From the NCBI GenBank assembly GCA_003165335.1, contig PLTD01000217.1:6247-70246 (forward strand): DNA of 64,000 bases, read 5' to 3'. Positions 9,856 to 17,470 of this stretch are shown piece after piece; position 1 is the first letter of the stretch; each line of letters opens with the position of its first letter. The stretch is from Rhodospirillales bacterium. GTDB taxonomy: Bacteria; Pseudomonadota; Alphaproteobacteria; BOG-932; Roseiterribacteraceae. Below the pieces are notes generated by a model. That model saw nothing but the letters and a program-made list of their open reading frames with translations. It did not search any database and was not told the DNA's origin. The position numbers and the translations under genes are program-made.

Positions 9856-11133
9856 TTACGGCAGCACTTCACGCCAATACAGAGCCGATACTGCATCAAT
9901 CGGGTTCTGAGGTATCGCAGGAAGTGTCTTGCCGAGCGAGATGTCAAAATTATCGTGCGACGTCTCATCCCCAGGCTTTTGATCGCCGGTATAAGTGTAG
10001 ATGGCATAGCCCATATACGCCCACTGCGCTCCGCCTTCCTTGCGCTTCATCACACTCCAATAGCCTGATGATTTCGCGTCATCCGGCGCAGACACCGGAA
10101 CCCAGGTCTTGGTGCATTCGCCCGTGCACGTGCTCGTTCCAAGGAACTGGCCCAGCTGAGGTACACCTGCCTGTCCACCGCGCAGGCTGAAACCGCCAAC
10201 CTGAAAATGAAAGCGGTCGCGAGCGTAAACGGTCATGCCCTTCGCATCGGTCAGATAATCCATGCCGCGGACATTGATACCGAACTTCACGTTATCCGGC
10301 TGGAAATACTTTTCAGCCAGAGCAACGTGATAACGCGGGTCGACCATACGGCCCTTGGAGTCGCCGTGCTCCGCATCACCATCGTAGGTATAAAGCGGCG
10401 CGGACTGGTAGGCCCACTGACGTGTGCCGTCAGCTCGGGAAATCGGAGTGAACTCTCCCAGCGTGCTCGCCAATTGCGGAGCCAACAGCGGCGAAAATCC
10501 ATTGTCGCAAGTCGCACCGGGTGCGCAAGCAACCTTGTCGGCTTTGATATCGCCGCTGAAAGCGTAAATCGTGCGCCCCTTAGGATCGACGAAAGCCTGT
10601 CCGCCGGCGGCCACCATCTCCTCGGTCACGATGCCTTCTGGCAGCGGGATGCCATACATGGCGTTGTTAAGAACCCAGTGCCAGGATTCGACCGAGGCTC
10701 CCTTAATGTCTCCCACATTCTTGTCTTGTGCGTAAACGTAAAGCGGCTTGTCGTGCCGGGTCCATTGCTTGGTTCCGTCATCGCGCGTGATGACGCCCCA
10801 AAAGCCCGACGGCTTCGCATCGGCCGGCGCAGCCAACGGGAGGAAGTCTTTGGCGCAATCGCCGACGCAGGAAGATTTACCAGGCTGTGTGTCGTTATCG
10901 GTCGTGTAGATCGTGTGGTGTTTCTCGTTCGTGATGACGGCATAGCCTTTGAACGCGCCCATCGCACTCATCGCATTCTGTGCAGCAACGACGTTGAATG
11001 TAATGCCGACCGGCATTTGCGAAGCTTCAGCGGCTACTGCCTGCTTTTTGACGGTCGGATGAACCGCCTGACTGGCGAGAAAACCAACCATTGCTAAAAC
11101 TGCGACGCCAAGAGCGCCTGTTACGAGCCGCAT
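9856..11133 (-). CDS. COG4315 / Lipoprotein_15 secreted-repeat protein (cassette 1, gene 5)
   Basis: 425 aa from MRLVTG, with a signal segment. Units are repeated: HTIYTTDNDTQPGKSSCVGDCAKDFLPLAAP...WGVITRDDGTKQWTRHDKPLYVYAQDKNVGD; ...CAPGATCDNGFSPLLAP...; ...TSTCTGECTKTWVPVSAP...GGAQWAYMGYAIYTYTGDQKPGD. These match the secreted repeat of unknown function. Confidence 0.7.
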   Translation of the reverse strand: MRLVTGALGVAVLAMVGFLASQAVHPTVKKQAVAAEASQMPVGITFNVVAAQNAMSAMGAFKGYAVITNEKHHTIYTTDNDTQPGKSSCVGDCAKDFLPLAAPADAKPSGFWGVITRDDGTKQWTRHDKPLYVYAQDKNVGDIKGASVESWHWVLNNAMYGIPLPEGIVTEEMVAAGGQAFVDPKGRTIYAFSGDIKADKVACAPGATCDNGFSPLLAPQLASTLGEFTPISRADGTRQWAYQSAPLYTYDGDAEHGDSKGRMVDPRYHVALAEKYFQPDNVKFGINVRGMDYLTDAKGMTVYARDRFHFQVGGFSLRGGQAGVPQLGQFLGTSTCTGECTKTWVPVSAPDDAKSSGYWSVMKRKEGGAQWAYMGYAIYTYTGDQKPGDETSHDNFDISLGKTLPAIPQNPIDAVSALYWREVLP

Positions 11134-11199
11134 TTTACTGCCCTCCCCGACCAATATCCACGAACAACAAGTCAATCATCAAAACACGATTACGATGCA

Positions 11200-11221
11200 G
11201 CGGGGCCCCGAAGGACCCCGC
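11200..11221 (-). other. intercistronic GC-rich hairpin with UUCG loop
   Basis: The minus-strand RNA reads GCGGGGUCC-UUCG-GGGCCCCGC (9 bp including one G-U pair). It starts about 10 nt after the DUF1552 stop codon and has no U-tract, so it is not a canonical terminator. Confidence 0.4.
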
Positions 11222-11231
11222 GTTTCGCTTA

Positions 11232-12569
11232 TCAGACCAGAATTTCGCTGATCGGCTTGGAAGTCGCCAGCGACATCGTTCCCCAGCTATCAACCGGAAC
11301 GCCCAGCGCCTGCTGGATGGTTAGGCCGACCCGAGTTACCGGCTCACCCTTCGCCTGGATGTGCATGCCGGTCTTGATCCGACCACCTGCACCGCCGGCG
11401 ATGAACATCGGAATGTTCTCGAGCGAGTGTACCTTCGCAAAGCCGGTCTCGCTATGCGCCAGCATCAGTGTGCGGTCTAGCAAGGTGCCGTCGCCTTCTT
11501 TGATGCTGTCCAGCGTCTGAAGGTAGAAGGCGAGCGATTCGACGATCCGCACCATGAAGTAAGTCGCATTCGGCTGATAACCCAATACCGGATCCATCGG
11601 CTCTTCATGCGTCGAGATGTGGTGCGTCATGGCGACACCCGGACGACGCAGCGGAGAAGTCGCCTCGCCGAAGACGATGTTCGTTACATGAGTCTGATCG
11701 CAAGCCACGGCGTGCGCCAAAATCTGAGCGAACAGCTTGTGGTTCGCGACAACATTGTCGATCTCGGTGCCTATTTCGGCATCTGTCGGCTGCGCAGACT
11801 TCGAGCAAGCCTCAAGTGGTGCGGGCTTCTGCAACTGAAGATCAAGCTGCTGCTCAAGCTGACGCACGGCGGTAAAATACTCGTCCAAACGCTGACGATC
11901 ATTGACGCCAACCTGTTTCAGCAGGGCTTCGCGCTGATCCGTAACGCCCGACAAAACGCTGCGCCGAACCATAACACGTGGATCGGGCTTAAAGTCAGCC
12001 GCATTGGGGTCGGTGAAGTCCGGCCCGAAGACGCGCGTGTACAGTGCCGCCGGGGAGATTTCCGCCGGGTTTGAAACGCTGGCGCTGCGACGGCTCAGGC
12101 TATCTGTCGGCTTACCTGTTCCCGTCACTTCCAAAGAACGGAAGCGTGTGCGCGTGCCGATAGTGTCGGCTACAATGCTATCCAGACTGGCATAGTTGGG
12201 CTGCTCACGCGGCACATCGCCGGTCAGGATCGCCATTTCGCCGGTGAAGTGCGGGCGGGCACCTTTGCCGTCGAGGAAGACCTTGAAGCCGCTGAGCACA
12301 TTGATGCGGCTCTTGAAGGGCTGAAGCGCCGCACTCTCGATATTCATATCATAATTGGCGCCGATGGTCTTCGGCTCCCATCGACCGGGATTGAGACCGC
12401 AGCCCCAGAAGAAGGTGCTGAAGGCCACAGGCAGCGGCGCGCCGCTAGCCAGAGCCGTACCGTTGGTATTCAGGAAACAATCCAAGAAGGGCAGTCCGAC
12501 GCTCACCGCCGCGCCACCCATCATTCCGCGCAGAACATTTCTGCGGGTTGCGTTCATCGATGCGCTCAT
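11232..12569 (-). CDS. DUF1552 family protein, twin-arginine exported (cassette 1, gene 4)
   Basis: 445 aa. It has a Tat-type N-terminus (TRRNVLRGMMGGAAVSVGLPFLDCFL) and a His-rich motif (MTHHISTHEE). Its start overlaps the upstream stop as ATGA. A clear paralogue lies at 46336-47685. Confidence 0.8.
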   Translation of the reverse strand: MSASMNATRRNVLRGMMGGAAVSVGLPFLDCFLNTNGTALASGAPLPVAFSTFFWGCGLNPGRWEPKTIGANYDMNIESAALQPFKSRINVLSGFKVFLDGKGARPHFTGEMAILTGDVPREQPNYASLDSIVADTIGTRTRFRSLEVTGTGKPTDSLSRRSASVSNPAEISPAALYTRVFGPDFTDPNAADFKPDPRVMVRRSVLSGVTDQREALLKQVGVNDRQRLDEYFTAVRQLEQQLDLQLQKPAPLEACSKSAQPTDAEIGTEIDNVVANHKLFAQILAHAVACDQTHVTNIVFGEATSPLRRPGVAMTHHISTHEEPMDPVLGYQPNATYFMVRIVESLAFYLQTLDSIKEGDGTLLDRTLMLAHSETGFAKVHSLENIPMFIAGGAGGRIKTGMHIQAKGEPVTRVGLTIQQALGVPVDSWGTMSLATSKPISEILV

Positions 12570-14251
12570 TTTACTGCCTCCGTTTGAGTACTCGTCCCCG
12601 CCATAGACAAAGTTGCGTTATTCGCGTCGGTCCCCGGCGTCGAGATCCGATAAAATGCTTTGCTGCTTGCAATCCGTCGCATCAGTTCAGGAACCTTGTA
12701 TCCCGAATTAACGAACTGCTTCGTCTGATAGTTTAGCCATTCGGCCTCATCCTTCGTTCCTGCGCGGCCTGTGCCGAATGCATATAGCCGGTTGACAAGA
12801 CAAACTGGTACAGCCGGATGATCATGAACCGCCTTTGTGAATCCAATCGCGTCACTGAACTTCATGCCGTCGATTTCTCCGTTGGTCTCGATCGCAACAT
12901 CGTTTTCCGTGGTTCGGAAACCGCCTGCAGAATCGAAGTTCTCCATCGCTAGACCGACCGGATCCATGATCTTGTGACAACCCGCGCAAGTCGGCTGGTT
13001 GATATGCGCACCCAGCCGCGAGCGAGCGGTATGGAAGGCAGGATTCTTGGTGTCGTTAACGAGATTGAAATTCACATTGCCTGGTGGGTCAGGGACTTTC
13101 TGGCACAGGAAGACTTGACGCAACGCCTTGCCCCGAATTGTTGGGGAACTGCGACCGGGATGAGAATGCAGCGATACAAAACTGATCTCGGTCAGGATTC
13201 CGGCCCGCGGGTCATTCTCTGCATATTCATGCGGCTCCCACCCTGTGGATGTCATCACCGGCACGCCGTAGACTGACCCCAGTAAGCGCGTGAGATAGGT
13301 TTTGCGCGTCGTGAAGATGTCCCGGTAGTCGCCATTATTAGTAACCAACAGGTCGGTTAGAGTCCGAAGGGTCTGTTCCTGCGCGTCGACCGAAACCTGA
13401 GAACTGTATTTCGGATATATCTGCGGATCTTTCGCCAATGACACGAAACCATCGAATCCGAGCATATCAGAGAAGAACGCACGCACACCCGAAGCGAGAC
13501 GTGGCGAGTTCGTCATACGGTCGACCTGCTTAGCAATGCCGGCGTCCGTATCGAGATCACCCTTCTGCGCTGCCTCAAGCAGGTCGGCATCCGGTGTCGT
13601 GTCCCACAGGAAAAAGCTTAGCCGTGACGCCTTGGAATAAGCGTCAAGACGGCGCTGCCCCGCATTATCGGGATCTGCCTCGGATGCTTCCTGCCTGAAG
13701 AGGAACTGCGGCGAAACCAGCATGGCCCCGACGCTCATTTCCAGGCCCGTATAAAAATTGCCAAGCTTGGACGCCGCTTCGCCGGCATCCTTGACCTGGG
13801 TCTGCAGTTCGTCCTGCGTCATCGGACGACGGAAGAGCATTCTCCCCGTACGAGCAATGAACTTTGTCGCGCAGGCATCGTCGCGGTCATTTGCTTTGGC
13901 CGGCGTGCAGGGAACCAACGTTGTGCGATGCGCATCGTCGACAACCTGGGCAGCAATGCCACGCGCAGTGAGGTCATATTCCTCAAGCCCGGTGCCCGCG
14001 ACGCTTTCTCGCGACGTACCAACTGCGATCAGGCCGTTATCGCGCACATCAGGCTCGAACCGGCCCGGTACCTTGATAGTCGTGCCGAAGACATCGGCGA
14101 CAATCTGCCGATACTCCGGCTCCGTCAGGCGACGCAGTGAAACCGGTCCACCCTTCGTAACAGGCGCATCATCTTTAGGACCGCAACCGGTCAAAGCAAT
14201 TGCGGCTACAAACCCAAGCGCACCGAAAAAGCGCGTCGGAGACTTAGACAT
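12566..14251 (-). CDS. DUF1587/DUF1592/DUF1595/DUF1588/DUF1585 (PSD/PSCyt3-type) lipoprotein with CxxCH motif (cassette 1, gene 3)
   Basis: About 561 aa. It has a lipobox (ALTGC-G), RRLTEPEYRQIVADVFG, CTPAKANDRDDACATKFI...LFRRPMTQDEL, and QPTCAGCHKIMDPVGLAMENFDSAGGFR (CAGCH at 12974-12988). Its ATG shares one nt with the upstream TAA (TAATG); an alternative start is at 14257. Confidence 0.8.
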   Translation of the reverse strand: MSKSPTRFFGALGFVAAIALTGCGPKDDAPVTKGGPVSLRRLTEPEYRQIVADVFGTTIKVPGRFEPDVRDNGLIAVGTSRESVAGTGLEEYDLTARGIAAQVVDDAHRTTLVPCTPAKANDRDDACATKFIARTGRMLFRRPMTQDELQTQVKDAGEAASKLGNFYTGLEMSVGAMLVSPQFLFRQEASEADPDNAGQRRLDAYSKASRLSFFLWDTTPDADLLEAAQKGDLDTDAGIAKQVDRMTNSPRLASGVRAFFSDMLGFDGFVSLAKDPQIYPKYSSQVSVDAQEQTLRTLTDLLVTNNGDYRDIFTTRKTYLTRLLGSVYGVPVMTSTGWEPHEYAENDPRAGILTEISFVSLHSHPGRSSPTIRGKALRQVFLCQKVPDPPGNVNFNLVNDTKNPAFHTARSRLGAHINQPTCAGCHKIMDPVGLAMENFDSAGGFRTTENDVAIETNGEIDGMKFSDAIGFTKAVHDHPAVPVCLVNRLYAFGTGRAGTKDEAEWLNYQTKQFVNSGYKVPELMRRIASSKAFYRISTPGTDANNATLSMAGTSTQTEAVK

Positions 14252-15441
14252 TACCATCCCAACTTCCTCAACCATCCGCCCATATTGGCTTCTTCGACGT
14301 GGCGCACCTGAATGCTACCGCCCGCGTCGGAAACCTTCTTGTCGTTTTTGTCGTCCGTGTGCAGAACGAAAGCCGGCACAGCCTCGACCTCATAGGCGGT
14401 CGAAATCGCCGTGTTCTGCCCCGTCGCATCCGGATAAGCATCTGCATTGCGCTTGAGCGAGTAATACAAAGCCGGCATATCCACCGACGCGCTGTGTTCT
14501 TCGACCCATCCGGACTCGGCATAGCTCCAATAGAGCGCGTACCAATCGTGATACCCGCCCAATATTCCCTTCAGCGTGCCGTCGTCGTTCAACTTCAGCT
14601 TTAAGCGAGCCTGCTTCCAGTTGAACTCTGGAATCAGGAACGGGTCGGCAACGATGCGAATATCGGAAGCATCGGTGGTCAGAACACCGTTCTTGATGCT
14701 GCCATGCAGAACATTATGCGTCCGGGGATCGGGGTCGACCTTGAACGACATGTCGGACCGTACGCCGCCAGTCGTATCACGAGATATGTGATCGACGCCG
14801 CGCGAAATCGTGACCGTAACATTGTCCGAATTTTTCGGGTCTGTGATGCCGCTGATCTCAATCAGCCAAGCCGGCATCTCGTCGCGCAACACGTCCCACT
14901 GGGCCTGCGCCAATGTCGGATGGGCAGGCGGCGGAGCGCGGAAGCTGCGGATACAGCCGAGTGTCCGATAATACTGATTCTTGATGCCTTGTTCACCGGT
15001 ATCGGGATCGGTGAAGGATATCGGCGAGTCAGTTTTGCCGTCGAGGTTGAAACCATATGCAAACTTGCCCTTGATCTCCTTCAGGCCGGGATCGTAGGAC
15101 GATTCAGGATGGGCGTAGACATTCGTTTTTTTGTCTCCGCGCGTACCCATGATCTTGATATATTCGCCATCGGCCCTGCCAGGATTACCCGGAAAGTCCT
15201 TCAACAGCTTCGTCGCATCGGGATCGGAATAGCCGAGCCGAATCAGTTCGCGCTTGTAGAACTCGGTCGACATCGGGTTGAGACCGTCGGGGCAGTCGCT
15301 TTCGTTGCCATAATAGGTCGAAACACCGAACCAACTCACAACGTAGCCGCGGGTTTCGGCCGAAGCATGACCGGCTGCAGTAGCCAGCGCCAAGCCGGCT
15401 ATCACGCCGAGCGACCGCGAATAAGAGTGGAACCGAGTCAT
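14251..15441 (-). CDS. exported protein of unknown family (cassette 1, gene 2)
   Basis: 396 aa from MTRFHS, with RBS GGGAGG upstream and a signal peptide ending AGHASA-ETRG. I recognise no domain. It shares blocks with the ORF at 43540-44688: DCPDGLN, FGFNLDGKTDS, NQYYRxLGC, EFxxKQARLxL, YYxLKRxADxYPD, EAxPAFVLH. Confidence 0.7.
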   Translation of the reverse strand: MTRFHSYSRSLGVIAGLALATAAGHASAETRGYVVSWFGVSTYYGNESDCPDGLNPMSTEFYKRELIRLGYSDPDATKLLKDFPGNPGRADGEYIKIMGTRGDKKTNVYAHPESSYDPGLKEIKGKFAYGFNLDGKTDSPISFTDPDTGEQGIKNQYYRTLGCIRSFRAPPPAHPTLAQAQWDVLRDEMPAWLIEISGITDPKNSDNVTVTISRGVDHISRDTTGGVRSDMSFKVDPDPRTHNVLHGSIKNGVLTTDASDIRIVADPFLIPEFNWKQARLKLKLNDDGTLKGILGGYHDWYALYWSYAESGWVEEHSASVDMPALYYSLKRNADAYPDATGQNTAISTAYEVEAVPAFVLHTDDKNDKKVSDAGGSIQVRHVEEANMGGWLRKLGW

Positions 15442-15488
15442 TGTCGACCTCCCTGTCCCGTTTCGGGACATATAATTGAAATGTCTCA

Positions 15489-15779
15489 TCAGCTTTTTGC
15501 AGCCCATGAATCACAGTGCCCTTTGGGATTTGCAGGACCACTGAATATCTTGCACGTGCCGCAGCCCTTGTCTCCGTCCGCATCAAAAAAGCCGCAAGCC
15601 GAACAGGTCTTCGTCGTGTCGGAATACTGCTCTGTATAATGCAGCGAGGATCGCAAACTATCCGTCGGGTCAGCGCATGCCTCAGCAGCTTTCGCCAATG
15701 ACGGCAAAAGCGCGAATGCAGGAACCAAAAGTATGCCGCGCTCGATTGCCTCGCGCCGCGAAAGTTTGCCCGCACTCAT
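15489..15779 (-). CDS. high-potential iron-sulfur protein (HiPIP), twin-arginine exported
   Basis: 96 aa. It has a Tat motif (LSRREAIERG) and the mature-domain Cys pattern TCSACGFF...GCGTCKIF...GHCDSWAAK, typical of the HiPIP 4Fe-4S ligand set. Confidence 0.85.
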   Translation of the reverse strand: MSAGKLSRREAIERGILLVPAFALLPSLAKAAEACADPTDSLRSSLHYTEQYSDTTKTCSACGFFDADGDKGCGTCKIFSGPANPKGHCDSWAAKS

Positions 15780-16022
15780 TCGAATCAGCTCCCTTGCTGT
15801 CCCAAAATAGAATTCGCCGAGTCCGACTATGCCTAAAAAGCCAGAACCGGCCGATTGAAACCTAATATGGATATATGCTTTACAAATGTCGAGTCATTTT
15901 ACGGGTGTTCACAAGAATGCTATAGGTTGGCAGTGAGCATCCCATCACTTAGGGTGACTGATCGATATGAGCAGTTCGAGGAGCGATTCGATGGCGGTAC
16001 TGACAATCGAGTTGCCGCATTG

Positions 16023-16628
16023 ATGAACCAAACGAAGCCAATCCCCCTTCGGCGACAGCAGCGCGATTTCACGCGCCAACGTCTGATCGATGCAGCGCGC
16101 GAATTGTTCGTACGCAACGGGACGCGCGCCACTTCAATTGACGATATCGCCAAGGCGGCGGGAACATCTCGCGCGACATTCTATGCCCACTTCACCGACA
16201 AGCAGGATGTAATTCGCGAATTTGCGCGCAGCATGTGGGAAACTGCCTTCGCGGTCTATGAGCGTTTCGGTGCTCTGGGCGAATGGAACCACCAAACAAT
16301 CGGCGGCTGGATGCGTGAGTTGTTCGACGCGTGGGATCGCAACGCCGACACAACCTATATTGTTCTTCAGGAAATGCCGTCCGAGTTGAGGACGGATTTC
16401 CTGGCGCAGATGCAGCATCGCGTAAACGCGTTGATGAGCGACAATCCGCTCTGGAGCCGATTTACCCCCGAAGAAGGACGCCGACGTGCAGCCCTTCTGA
16501 TTTTCCAACTTGAACGCTGTATGGACGCTGCACATTATGGTGGCTGGAAGGAAGACCGTGGCGCGCTTTTCAAGACTCTAGTCGATATATGGGTCGCGAC
16601 CCTTACCAGCGATATGAGCGGCGATTAA
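16023..16628 (+). CDS. TetR/AcrR family transcriptional regulator
   Basis: 201 aa from MNQTKP. The N-terminal HTH reads RLIDAARELFVRNGTRATSIDDIAKAAGTSRATFYAHF. It is divergent from the HiPIP operon across a 243-bp shared region. The maximal ORF from 15855 is unlikely to be used. Confidence 0.85.
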   Translation: MNQTKPIPLRRQQRDFTRQRLIDAARELFVRNGTRATSIDDIAKAAGTSRATFYAHFTDKQDVIREFARSMWETAFAVYERFGALGEWNHQTIGGWMRELFDAWDRNADTTYIVLQEMPSELRTDFLAQMQHRVNALMSDNPLWSRFTPEEGRRRAALLIFQLERCMDAAHYGGWKEDRGALFKTLVDIWVATLTSDMSGD

Positions 16629-17404
16629 AGCAGCTTAATCGAATATCCGCCGTCGATTGTGACGCCTGATCCATTCATAAAATCGGAAGCCCGGCTCGCA
16701 AGAAAGACAGCGATACCGGCAAAATCATCCGGCTGCCCCCAACGTCCGGCCGGCGTGCGCCCCGCAATCATTTCCGGCAAGCCCGGGACTGTCTTGGTGC
16801 TGGCTGTAATGTCGGTTTCGACCCATCCCGGAAGCACGCAGTTTACGTTGATGCCGTCCGGCCCCCATTCGACTGCCAGCGCTTTGCTCAACTGCAAAAC
16901 GCCCCCCTTGCTAGCGCAATAATTCACCGAATAGGCCAATGCCCCCGTAGACGCGAGAGAACCTACATTAATGATCCTCCCACCATGGGGTCGTTCCGCG
17001 CCCGCTCGTTTCAGTTCAGCATAGGCTGCCCTGCACAGCAGAAACATTCCGGTCAGGTTGGTATCGATATCGACGTGCCAATCGTCCAACGACAGTTTCT
17101 CCGCCGAACCATATGCGTGCGCACCCGCATTGTTGACGAGTATGTCCAGCTTTCCAAAGCGCGCGACGGTGTCGGCCACGACCTTTGCCGCAAATGCCTC
17201 TTCGCGGACGTCCCCCTCGATAAATCCGGCTTCAGCGCCCAACTCGGCGAGTTGATGCAAGGCACTCTCGGCTTTTGCTGCGTTGCGCCCCGTGATCATC
17301 ACCTTGGCGCCGGCACCGGCCAGGCCTTTGGCCATGCCCAACCCAATTCCACCGTTGCCGCCGGTCACAACGGCAACACGTCCCGTCAATTCGAAAATGT
17401 TCAT
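16625..17404 (-). CDS. SDR family oxidoreductase (classical, FabG/glucose-1-dehydrogenase-like)
   Basis: 259 aa with VTGGNGGIGLG, NNAG, YCASKGG (YxxxK) and PGWVETD. Confidence 0.85.
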   Translation of the reverse strand: MNIFELTGRVAVVTGGNGGIGLGMAKGLAGAGAKVMITGRNAAKAESALHQLAELGAEAGFIEGDVREEAFAAKVVADTVARFGKLDILVNNAGAHAYGSAEKLSLDDWHVDIDTNLTGMFLLCRAAYAELKRAGAERPHGGRIINVGSLASTGALAYSVNYCASKGGVLQLSKALAVEWGPDGINVNCVLPGWVETDITASTKTVPGLPEMIAGRTPAGRWGQPDDFAGIAVFLASRASDFMNGSGVTIDGGYSIKLL

Positions 17405-17470
17405 TGAGGTCCTCGATAATGCCAGATGTCATAGCGCCGCCTTAGCCTAGAACAGGCCTTTGTCGACGAT

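Noticed and set aside
8695-11097. Plus-strand ORFs 8695-9573 (292 aa) and 10207-11097 (296 aa).
   Set aside because: They are shadows of the alcohol dehydrogenase/lipoprotein genes and of the COG4315 gene. They carry no motifs.
15442-15507. An upstream extension of the cassette 1 unknown-protein ORF (418-aa version) that would overlap the HiPIP gene.
   Set aside because: The ATG at 15441 is preceded by GGGAGG and gives a normal signal peptide that aligns with the paralogue N-terminus. The extension adds non-signal sequence.
14704-15639. A 311-aa plus-strand ORF and the 196-aa minus-strand ORF at 15185-15775.
   Set aside because: They overlap the cassette 1 unknown protein and the HiPIP gene in other frames. 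The HiPIP frame has the diagnostic Tat signal and Cys pattern.
15489-15779. HiPIP considered as evidence of a photosynthetic electron-transport context.
   Set aside because: No puf/bch/reaction-centre or cbb3-linked genes are nearby. The gene is embedded in the exported-protein cassette, so a cassette-specific role is more parsimonious.
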